Part shown: one piece after another, positions 52,144 to 64,000 of the stretch | Position numbering within the stretch: position 1 is the stretch's first letter | Layout: the number at the start of each line of letters is the position of its first letter | DNA from: the human T2T-CHM13v2.0 reference genome, Homo sapiens | Length of the DNA: 64,000 nt | Strand: one strand, 5' to 3' | NCBI RefSeq assembly: GCF_009914755.1 | Contig: NC_060929.1 | Translations under genes and position numbers: made by a program | Notes under the pieces: model-generated | What the model was told of the DNA's origin: nothing | Database searches by the model: none | Seen by the model: the letters and a program-made list of their open reading frames with translations, nothing else

Positions 52144-54201
52144 TGTGTGTGTGTGTATGTATGCAGCCCGTTGTACTATTTTTATTCTGAAAGCAAAGCT
52201 TATGACATGGCAATATGCTTCCTAATTAATCTCTATGAACAATTCAGGGCTGACTCTTGCCACCAACTCCCTCCAGATGGCTTACCTTCTATCCACACAC
52301 ACATCAAACATCAACCATTGTCAACTACCACTGTCCTTTCTGAATTTTTGTCTACCATTTTATTCCTTTAGGTTTTGATACTCTTGAATTCTTTGTACTT
52401 TTTTTTTCTTTACCATTGCCACGGTAAAAAAAATTTAACAGAAAGTTAGTGATGTCACTTACATGGCTTGAGGCCCTGGAATGTTTTGCAGATTGCATGG
52501 CATTATTTTAGATTCAGTCTTGTGAGACAGTTTACGCTGACAGCTGCAGTTTCTGGCACAGTCCATTGAACTGATAACAGGAGCCACCTCTTTTCTATGG
52601 TTGAAAATTGAAGTTAATTCTAACTTGGGTGTTTTCCATTTAAATAACACATTTGCCCATGTATAGTGGTGGCAACAACTGATGTACGCTTAGACTAAAG
52701 CTGCATTATTTCCACAATATGTGAACAACATTTCTCGTATTCATTTCACATAACAGAACACACTTTAGTACATGAATCATGTCCACCATTTACTCCTAAT
52801 GGACAATGTCAGCAATGTAGGCATCCAGATGAATGGATGCTCTCATGCTTTACCTTTTAGTTTACCATCCACATTTGGGAAATTATGTAAATTCTATAGA
52901 ACACTATTCTGTTGATCTTCAAATTCCCCTTTAATTTTTAAAAATGTCTTTATTATTCTCTAGCACATACTTTTATCTGTAAATTTACTTATTTTATCAC
53001 ACAGTAGATATTATAAAGGATAAAGGTATAATACAATATTTCTGTGTTAGTTGCTTTAGAAGTAAATAGATTAAATGTTATTGCTGGTCATCAGTGATTC
53101 AGGCATGATTTTACTTGGCAATAGCAAGAAACTTTTAAACTAATGAGAAAGAGAAAATGAGAGAGAGAGAGAGAGAGCCTAAGTGTACAGTAGTTCTTCT
53201 GTGGGAGTTTAGGACGTAGTAGACCCAACTGAAAGGAATAGGAAGTTTATTCTTAGAGATGATCCTTAAATTTACTCCTGGTAGATGGATTGAATTTAGA
53301 TATGTCAATTTCAAATAAGGAATTCTAAGCCGATGAAGACTTTACGGCAATAGAAATACTTTATTTTGTATATCTCACCTTTTGTTATCTATTTCCTTAT
53401 TCATTGTATATCTCATTAGAGATACGTATCTAAAACAGACACAGAATTAAAGTTCCTAAAATAAATAAAATAATTTTGCATATACTGTCTTTATGTAGTT
53501 TAAAAAACCTTTTTCTTTCATAGTGTTCCATGATTTTGTGTGCTCAGTAATCACCATATTGTTTTAGAACAGCCAAGTGAAACTCTCATAGCAAGTAGCC
53601 TTGAAAAATAAGTCATAATCAGTTGGTATATCCCAGATATTCAACTATTGCCCCTCTAGTCTATTTACTAATGAAGACTGATGTGTATTTTGTTGTTTTT
53701 GTTTTTGCTCTCTGTGTCATCTATAAAAAATAATGCATAGGCAAATATTTGAAAGTATCCTATGTCATTTTGTCAACAGTCCGGGCCTATCTCATAGTTG
53801 AAACATAAATGTTAATAATGTTATGTAAAAGTTTCATAGTGATGATTTAAGGGTTAATGACAGTGAAGACTACAACCAATTATAATTAATTCCCAGAGTA
53901 ATATAAAAACATCATTAAGTCACTCTTAAAAACGAGTCCTTGTAAATTCCATTGGAAGAAAAATGTTTATGATCACATCTTAGGGGAAAACAGACTGTCT
54001 CCATTGTAAGCAGTTCTGTGAAAATAAATTTGAAATATACACACTTTTTTTTATTGGGACTTTTAATATCTTAACTGAATATTTCCGAAGCCACAAGTGT
54101 GTTAAACAAAAAAAAAAGAACTGAATGTATGGTCGAAGCCAGTCTAATCAAGGAAAACAGTGCTATGGCATATGTTGTTTTCACTGTAGAAAAATCCAAA
54201 T

Positions 54202-54228
54202 GGGACTTTCCAATGACTGAAACTGAAA
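54202..54228 (+). promoter_or_regulatory. Candidate NF-kB site plus ISRE/IRF site
   Basis: GGGACTTTCC (54202-54211) and GAAACTGAAA (54219-54228); motif match only. Confidence 0.35.
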
Positions 54229-56522
54229 TTGATTTTATAAGCACTAACATTTGTGGGTGTTTCACACATGCAAGTACAGAACATTCCTCTTGACGATGAA
54301 CCAAAATGTATGAAGACAGACATAGACTGAAATTCACCACTCCTTACAATCGAGTTTATATCACCCATGGTTTGATTTGTCTCACATAGTTTATACATTC
54401 TTTTTCTTACCAAAACATGTAAGTTAAAACAATGATAGATATTTTTAAACTAATGAGGTTAAATAAATGCGCAAGTACGAGGTTAAATGCTTGAGCATTA
54501 TTTAACCTTGAGAAGTATGTTACTGTCATTCAAAAATTTGTTTTCTACTCCACATGTTTGTGCTGCTTCCAAATTAAAATAAAAACCCCTGTAAAAATAA
54601 CTATAAATTTAAGAAATTAAATGTTTTGTCTGGAAAAACATCACAAAACCACCTGATAAATTGAATCACACAGTGGAACCATTTGAAATGTTTTGTTTTT
54701 TAGTAAATTAAAAACAACAGTTGAAAAAAAAGTGTAGATACCATTTTTTGAGCATAACAATTGAAAATCTGACTTGAAAATTATCATTTGGATCTATGAC
54801 CAGAAGCACCCATTTATTGAACAAGTATATATTTATAAAACATTTTATGTGAGCAACTGTGCTGGAGATTCAAAGACACTATCCAAGTCCTCAAAGGTCT
54901 TATAAACTAAAATGCACATAATATTTCAACAGTTGACATAATTCTTGTCAATAACATATAAATAAGGTCAATCGCAATACAGGCATAAAATCTGCAACTT
55001 ATAATGTGTATACACTTTGCATCTAGTAGTCAAAATTATTATAACCTTTCCTACAATTTAATGTATTCGATTACATTTCAAAAATATGATGGAACAACAA
55101 CAACAAAGAACCCCAGCATAAGTAGCTTTTGTAAACAATAGTCTAATATTGACTAGAAAACATTATTGTCTTTTACATATGAAAATTCTGATAACATAGT
55201 ATGTCTCTATTATATAATACAGACAATTCCAATTTGATTTTAGTTTTAGTGCTTTTCTTCAGAGAAGATGTTATTTGATGTATTAATCTGGGTTTTTCTG
55301 ATGTTTTATACAAACAAAATCATTTTCTATTGGTAAAATTGCTTTTCCTTCTTAGTATATATGGATGAATATGAGTCATCAAATATGGAGCAGTAAAATT
55401 TAAATATTAAACTATGAAGCCAAAAAATGTGTTGCCCAAACTACTAATCCAAATATTGAATGTGTGTTGGAAATGTATTTCTCGCTTCAGAAGCCTAAGT
55501 AATGAACATTGGGCTTTAGAGAATAAACAGCATGGTAGCGAGAAACACATCATTAGAGTTATATGTTAGGACTAAAGAATAAGTCACCTAGTGGAGCCAA
55601 GATCAGTACCCATTAGGTGTCAGCTAGTCACCCATGGATCTGGGTCATTCATCTTTGTTTATTTTTAATGTCTTATGTTATTGGCTTTCTAGTTGTATCC
55701 TTTTGGCTTTCTATTTATCTTCTTTCATTCCCTATATTTGCGTTATTAAGTTTTTGCCTCCATCTGGTAAAAAAAAAAATTATACATTTTCTTACAAGTA
55801 CTTGATTTAGCCTATGGATTTTAATAGACATACTTAACATTCCAAATGAATAGGGATCATTATCCCTATTACACATGGAACATATCACCCAACTTAGAAT
55901 ACTTAAAATTAAATTTTGTCTTAATATATATTTGATTTTTGTTATGCATTTTATTTTTATTTTGCTTTTATATGTTGTTGTGTAATGCAATGTTTGTTTA
56001 GAATTTACCATGTATTTACTATCTTATTTGCCCATTATTAGTTTTGTATCTCAGAATTTTATACCCTGAAAAAAAAACACTTAAAATGTCTTTAAGTTCT
56101 ATTTTTTTGGAAAAATTTGTCTATGTTTTCATTGCATGTACATAGAATTTATGCGGAAATCCAAAGGACTTAGGAGAACTAAGGCACATATAAATAATAA
56201 AGCAAACACTAGAAAACAATTCCTATTAGAGACAAGATAATAATTAATATGGTGCAAGAAAAGAAAAATAGATCAATACAACTAATGGAGAGCCAGGCAA
56301 CAGATCCACAACAATAGTAACCTGTTTCTAACACAGGCACCATTCCAATTTAGTGAGGGAAAAGAAGGTCTTTTCAATAAACAGTTCTGGGTTATTTGGT
56401 GATCTATGTATTTTGCGATAGAATACATACCTAAATTTTAAAGATAAAATAATAAACCTTTTAGACAAAATGAGAGGAAAATATATTTATGAATTGGAAT
56501 TAAATAATTTTTCAAGTCTTAT

Positions 56523-59025
56523 TGCATTTGTTTTCTATTGATATTATTAAAATTTTTCATACATGTAAAGGCATAAAATAATCCAGATTTATAATCCCAC
56601 AAGTCTGGAGGTAAATGTTCTAAAATCAATATGTGAGCAGGGTTGCATATTTTTTTGGATGCTTTAGGAAAGAATCTGCTTCCTTGCATTTTCCAATTTT
56701 TAGACAGCATTTGCATTCCTTCTACTTCTTCCATCTTCAAAGCCAACAGAAGAGAGTATTTAAATCTCTCTTTTTGTCTTTTTACTTCTTCTTATAAGGT
56801 CACTTATGATTACGTCGGACACACTGGTTAATCCAGGATGATCTCCCCATTTCAATATCCTTAATTTAATCATATCTGCAAATTCCATTTTGCTCTATAT
56901 GGTAAGATATTCACAGATGTCCAGATGTTTGAGATACTGAATTCTAGATATTCAAGATCAATGTCCATCGGAATGTAAAAAATAATAATAATAATAATTC
57001 CATCTTAACATCTCCAAATGTCTGAGCCCATTACAACATCAACTCAAAGTCCAATATTTCTTTTAATTTTTATCAACTCAAAAGCCTCTGTCAAATCTTA
57101 TATTTGAATCAGGTAAGCGTAAGAATATGGTGTAATTGATACTGGAGAAAAATTCTGCTCCATCTTTACCCTGTGAAACTAGAAAATAAGTTAACTGCTC
57201 CCAAAATACAATGGTGGAACACACATAGCATACTAATTATAGACAATCTTCTTTCAAAAGAAACACAATAAGAGGGGAAAATGGTTACTTGTCAAACAAT
57301 TTGGAAATCAAGCTAGGCCAAAATTTAAGTTTTAAGATTTAATAATACTTTTATGGGGTTATTAGTTCTATCCCCTGGCTTACGGTTCTACTCTTGGACT
57401 TAGTCTTTCATTTTCATGAAGAGTATTTTATGTTTTTATCTGAGTAATTTTATTTTCATGTGGAATTTGGCTAATCTTAAAGCTTTCTCTTATTTTTTTG
57501 TTTCTGTTTCTTTTAGTCCAAGCTGGTAGCATTTCTGCTGGTGTAACATTCACAAGAACCTTCTAGGTTTTCTGTATATGGCAGATGAATTCACATCATT
57601 TCACAATGTGACTTCTCCACTCATCTTTCCTGGATAATATCATGTCTGTTCTTGCCTTCTGTGTTGAGATGTCTAAGAAGATCCATGAATCACTTGTATC
57701 ATCTGTTCAAAGAGACTTTTTGTGACTGGATACTCTAAACTTTTGCTTCTTCCAAGGCAATATCCAAAGATTGTCCAGCCACATTCTTGACTTTCTTTGC
57801 AGAGCACACTTTCCTGACGGTGAATATTGATATGCCTAACATTAGCATCTTTTACAATTTAGATAGACTGAGAATTTCTCAAATCAAAAGTAATGGCTAC
57901 GTTTTGCTTCACAGTTCTTCCCTCAATTTATCCATTTTCTCCATAAACAATATTTTACTACAAGCAGCAAAAAGAAACCAGGCCACACTGGTTTTGCTTG
58001 GAAGCCTGCTCAGCTAAATCATCACTTGCAATTTCTCCCTATTACATAGCTGTTTGATATACCCAGACAGGTAAGATATCTTCCACTATACAATAAGGAC
58101 CGCCTTTTATACAGTTTCCAATAATATGTTCTTAATTTCTTTCTAAACTCACACCAGCAATTACTTAATTGTCCATATTTCTACCAATAGACTGTGTATG
58201 ATGATGTAAGTATTCTCTAAGACATTGCAGGTTTTTTTCTACCAGGCTTTCCACTTCCTTCTGAGTTCTCACTAGCATAGTTATTTACACATACATATAT
58301 TTATATATTTACATATATATAGTGTGTGTGTGTGTCTGTGTGTGTGACAGCAGATCTTGGCTCACTGCAACCTCTGCCTCAAGCGGGTTCAAGCGATTCT
58401 CCTGCTTCAGCTTCCCGAGTAGCTGGGACTAGAGGCATGCGCCACCATGCCCAGCTAATTTTTGTATTTGTAGTAGAGACGGGGTTTTGCCATGTTGGCC
58501 ACGCTGGTCTCAAACTCCTTACTTCAGGCAATCACATGCCTTGGCCTCCCAAAGTGCTGGGATTACAGGTGTGAACTACTGCGCCCAATATCCGTATTTT
58601 TACAAGCAATTTGTTCAAGGCTCTTTCTATCATGCTCCTTGAAATATCCTGTGCTTCTACCCTTTACCCAATCCTAAAGCCAATTTCAAATTTTTATTTG
58701 TTATAGCAGCATCACATTTTCAAGTACTACAATTTTTACCAGTCTCTAATTACTGCTTAGAAAAATAGTACAAATTTAGTGGTCTAAAACAACAAATTTA
58801 TTATTTTACAGTTCTAGAGGTCAGAAATCCTCTACTCTGTGTCAGAGAGGGCTGCGTTCCTTCTGGAGGTGAAAGTGGACAAACAGCTGCCTTTCATTTT
58901 TCAGTTTCTAGGGGTTGCCTGCAGCCTTGCCTTGCGGTCCTTTCTTCCATCTTCAAAGCCAGCAACCTAGCATCTTCATATGTTTCATTTGATTGTCAAG
59001 TCTTCTTTTCTGACTGTTACATCAT
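56523..59025 (-). mobile_element. MLT1 (MLT1C/D-like) provirus: LTR, internal region, LTR
   Basis: LTRs ~56523-56945 and ~58735-59025 share 'cttccatcttcaaagcca'; MaLR-int motifs 'ctgctcccaaaatacaatggtggaaca' and 'acccaatcctaaagcca...tttgttatagcagca'. Confidence 0.8.
58345..58587 (-). mobile_element. AluS with partial deletion; TA/TG microsatellite at its tail position (58287-58346)
   Basis: 'gggttcaagcgattctcctg...gctaatttttgtatttgtagtagagacgggg...cccaaagtgctgggattacagg'. Confidence 0.92.
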
Positions 59026-59027
59026 GT

Positions 59028-59118
59028 CAGCCTCCAACACTATGAGAAAATACATTTCTGTTGTTTTAACTACCCAATCTATGGGGTTTTGTTATGGCAG
59101 CCTTAAAAAAATAATACA
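59028..59118 (+). mobile_element. MLT1A/B 3' end fragment, opposite orientation to the adjacent LTR
   Basis: 'cagcctccaacactatgagaaaatacatttctgttgtttta...ttttgttatggcagcc...taataca'. Confidence 0.75.
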
Positions 59119-61292
59119 CATTATTTGTAGTCATTTTGAAAGTAAAGACATGTTTTGAGCAACTTAGTGTGGAATTTATGTAAAATTGTGGAGCTTCCAT
59201 TTTGAAAAAATATGTTTACTGCCTAAGCTTTATACTGTGATTGTGCTGAGAAAGAAAGAGATGGATACTCTACAGGATGATAGGGAGAGAAGGAAAAGCA
59301 TTATTCATTGACCACCACATGGAAATGTGTGAAGATGTTCACTGGTACGGTTGTATAGTGTGGCACACTACCCGCTGCCACTGTTATATAAATAAATATA
59401 AATAAATAGATTAACATTTCCCATAGTAGACAGTAAGAAGGTGATGGCAGGGTCCATTGATTCGATATTCTAACTCTTCTTGGACTTACACAGTATATTC
59501 CTAATACAGTCACATTACACTTGGAAAAAAAGAAATAAATTTAATTATATTGAAATTTTAGGTTTTTTTTCCTGCCATAACAGTCAACAGAGAGTATGCC
59601 CATGACTGTTATAAACTAAAAAGATATAAAACGTCTATCGCTGACTCCATTTTCCAAAGAGTGATCCAAATTAGACACCATGCAAAATAAATAAATTTTT
59701 AAAACCACAAACATGTATTCAATAAAAAAGTTACAAGAACAGCTGTTGATTGCCTGTCAATCAAATGGCAAGCAAGGAATGAGATGCAAGAAAGTAAAAT
59801 CAAATTTAAGTGTTTGTTTCAGTTATATTTATATAAGATTAGTGTGAGTGATTGAAAAGTGACATTTCAAATTTCAGTTGATTAAATGCCCATAAATTAG
59901 CACATCAAACTTTATTTATTACAGTCTCAGAAATAAATTTTTAAAAATTTTCAGATTTTAACTGTGAGATTAGTTGCAAATGCTTGGTTTCATAGAAACA
60001 TTTTAACCAGAGCCTGCATAATAAGAACCAATTAATATTATTTTTGTGTGTAAATGAATCTTCTTTAGACAAAAAAACCCTGAACATTTTATTTTGTATC
60101 CAATTTAGTAGCTATCTAGCTAATTCTATATCATTCTATATAGTTTTCGAACTCTTACAATTCATACAAAAAGCAACATATATAAATGTTTGTGCCCAGT
60201 ATTTCTACATAAATCTGTGAAACCAAAAATATTTTTAAAATATCGAAGGTGAAGTGATATTTTTTCAATTTACAGAAAAACAGCTGTATATATACAGTCA
60301 TGCATCACTTAACAGTGAGGATGCATTCTGAGAAGTGCATTATTAGGTGATTTTGTCATCATATAAACATCACAGAGGCTACATACAAAAACCTATATGA
60401 TATAGCCTACTATACACCTGGGCTATGTGAAATAACCTACAGCTCCTAGGTTACAAACTTGTACAGTAGGTTACTGTACTCAATACTAGAGGCAGATATG
60501 AATTAATGGTATTTGTGGATCTGAACATAGCTAAATATAAAATAGTTATGGTAAAAATATGGTCTAAGAAATAAGAAATGGTGCACCTGTACAGGTCACT
60601 TACCATGAATTGAACTTGAAAGACCAGAAGGAAATTGCTCTGGGTGAGTCAGTGAGTGGGCAGTGAGTGAATCTGAAGGCCTAGGACATTACTGTACACT
60701 ACTGTAGATTTTATTAACCCTGTATACTATGCTATAGTAAATTTATATTTTTTCTTTTTTCACAATAAATTAACTGTAGCTTATTGTATTTTTTGCTTTA
60801 TAAGTTTTCTACTTTTTTAACCTTTTGAGTCTACGGCATAGCTTAAAACATAAATGTTGTACTCTTGTACAAAAATATTTTATTTATTTATAAACTTATT
60901 TAATAAGGTATTTTATATTTAATTTTTTACTTTTGAAACTTTTTGATTAAAAATTAAGATGCAAACATACACATGAAACTACGTCTACACAAGGTCAGGA
61001 TCATCAATATAACTGTCTTTCACCTCCACATCTTGTCCAAGTAGAAGGTTTTCAGGGCCAATAACATGTATGGAGCTGTCATCTCCCATGATAACAATGT
61101 CTTCTTTTGGAATACCGCCTAAAGGACCTGCCTGAGGCTGTTATACAGTTAGCTTTTTTAAAAAAAAAAAAAAGTTGAAGGAGTACTCTAAAATATTAAA
61201 GATGTAATATAGTAAATACATAAGCCAGTAACATAGTTGTTTATTTTTAATATTGAGTATTATATATTGTACATAATTGTATGTACTATAAA

Positions 61293-61886
<594 letters not shown>

Positions 61887-62767
61887 TGTACTATACTTTT
61901 ATGAAGCTGGCAGCACAGCACGTCTGTTTACAAAAGCATCACCACAAACATGTGAGTAATGAGTTGTGCTACAACATTGTGATGACTACCATGTTGTGAT
62001 GGCTATCACCTTACTAGGCAGAAGGAATTTTTCTCCATTACATTCTTATGAGACCATCTTTGTATACATAGTCCATCACTGACCAAAACGTCTTTATGGG
62101 ACAAATGACTGAACATACTTGTGTGTATACACAGACATATATACACACAGATAAGGGCATTGATGGTTTGTTTTGTAAACTTCTTATTAAAAATGAAATA
62201 AGTCCATATTGTGACCCATGTAATAATTTTGCTTGCATCTTTTGCATAGATAGTTCCTAGATTAGAAATATTCAAAAGATCAATGTCCAATCACTGGGTT
62301 TTTCTGACCGATTGTGCTTCTTTTAAAATAACTGTTAAATATCCAGTAATTTTATAAAGTTCTAAGTCTTGAGGACCAAATATAATTCTAATAGCTGTTA
62401 TCAGTTACAAAGTGGCCTCAGATATGTATGCTTCCCTTGTTCCAAAGTTACAGTCATTTTTTAACCCATCTCAGTCGTCAACCAAATACTTCTGATTAAG
62501 TACACATAATGAAACTTTTGCCTGAGTGCCAATTTGAAATACAATACAGAATAATAAGATAGCTCTATCTCACACATACACATATGAATACATATATACT
62601 ATTCCATAGCATTTGCTTCAGAATGTCCTATTACTCTGATTTAAATACCTGTTTTATTTGGGGTTAGCCTAAAATTATTATTTGATAGGAGTAGTCTAAA
62701 TGTATTGCATAGATTACTGCCATTATATAAAGGAAAAAGGAAACCAACCTGTCAGGTGTCATCATTA

Positions 62768-63530
62768 TGTTAGTTAGTATAATGCTAGCTGCTGTAAAAA
62801 AAATCTCTACATTTAAGTGCCTTAATACAACAATTTAATCATTGCCTGCTTTCGATGCTACTAGGTTCTCTGGGTTTCAGCAAAGAGGGAAGATGGTGAA
62901 TTCTGCTCTGGAAACTGCCATCTTTAGCACTTGACCTACAAGATGGTTTTATGCATGAACACTCAGCCGATCAAGCAGTGAGGTGAGGGCAGAGGGGGCA
63001 AGTCTACCTCTCATCAGTTTCCGCTTAGGCATGCAACACATCACTTCTGGCTAAATTTCATTACAGCAAACCAGTCATTTAGCTCCACCTCCGTGCAGGG
63101 CTGTGAGGAGGCGAAAGTAGGGGCTGGGAAAAAGTAGTTCCTAGATGATTAGCCATTTCTAAGCAAAGCAATATATATAATCTATGGAAAGGAGTCTGCA
63201 ATTTTTGATAGTCAGATTATGCCATCATCTTCTCTCCTTTTGAAAATGATCCTAACATCCCTTTCTTTTTGTGCCTAGAACAGACTCAAGCTCGCTCAAA
63301 ATCCTGTCCAGTGCCTTCATCGTGCACACGTTCTAGGCTCTCCAGACACATCTGTCAGTTTCTGAGGAGTTTTTCTGTGATCCAGTAAACTTTGAACTAA
63401 AACACATGTCCCACAAGAAGGCAAAAGGAGAAAGTGAAAATTTTGAATCAAAAAGAGAAACATGGCAGACATATAAACTTTTTCATCTACGAATCCATCT
63501 ATGGATCACACAGTAAAACCCTCTCTCCTG
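62768..63530 (-). mobile_element. MLT1I/J-like LTR (to ~63228) plus probable internal remnant
   Basis: 'tagctgctgtaa', 'cacatcacttctggctaaatttcatt', 'ggctgggaaaaagtagttc'. Confidence 0.6.
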
Positions 63531-63545
63531 AAGAGGAAAAAAGTC

Positions 63546-63800
63546 TTATTTATTTATTTAATTGACCCATACTAATTGTATATATTTATAATGTACAACA
63601 GCCTTTCCAAATATGTATACATTATGAATGGCTAAATCAAACTAACTAACCTATCCATTACCTCACACATTTATTTTCCTTATGGTAAGTACACGTAAAT
63701 TCTACTTGTTAGCACTTGTTAAATATGCAATCTATTGTTAGTTCTTTTTTTAACATACACCCCAGAAAGGTAAATATATTGGTATTAACTATAATCACCA
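63546..63800 (-). mobile_element. L1MA5-7-like 3' terminal fragment
   Basis: 'taattgtatatatttataatgtacaaca', 'gaatggctaaatcaaactaactaac', 'cattacctcacacattta'. Confidence 0.8.
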
Positions 63801-64000
63801 CGATCTCTTAATTCTGCTAACTGGGAGAAACCCCACTATTCATTGTTGTTCATGGCTCCTGTATCCCAGCACGGACAACTTTCTTGTAGATTATTTCCCA
63901 TAACCATATCTCAAGTGAGAATTACCAAGGTAAGCTTTCAGAGACTAATTTCTACTTACTCAATTTGAGGACCTGTACATTATTTAAATACTTCCACAGT

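Noticed and set aside
59577-59612. 10 bp inverted repeat ataacagtca/tgactgttat
   Set aside because: A single short stem is compatible with chance in 64 kb of AT-rich DNA.

Overview
Primate (catarrhine/human-like) non-coding DNA, AT-rich and CpG-depleted, dominated by decayed transposons. It contains AluJ/S/Y, many old L1 pieces (including a ~6 kb L1MA-type copy at 39.7-45.6 kb), MaLR LTRs (MLT1, MST, THE1), a near-complete MLT1 provirus, ERVL gag and integrase remnants, L2, MIR, MER20, MER2, MER44, Tigger elements and a 7SL pseudogene. I find no credible protein-coding gene and no convincing new biological system; the ORF track is explained by repeats, low complexity or chance. The best leads are small: an NF-kB plus ISRE motif pair in unique sequence, a three-copy local templated duplication, an AP-1-multiplying tandem duplication, a possibly split ERVL provirus, candidate minus-strand exons and some unusual insertion architectures. 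Repeat family calls come from remembered consensus motifs, not from a search, so subfamilies and boundaries are approximate.
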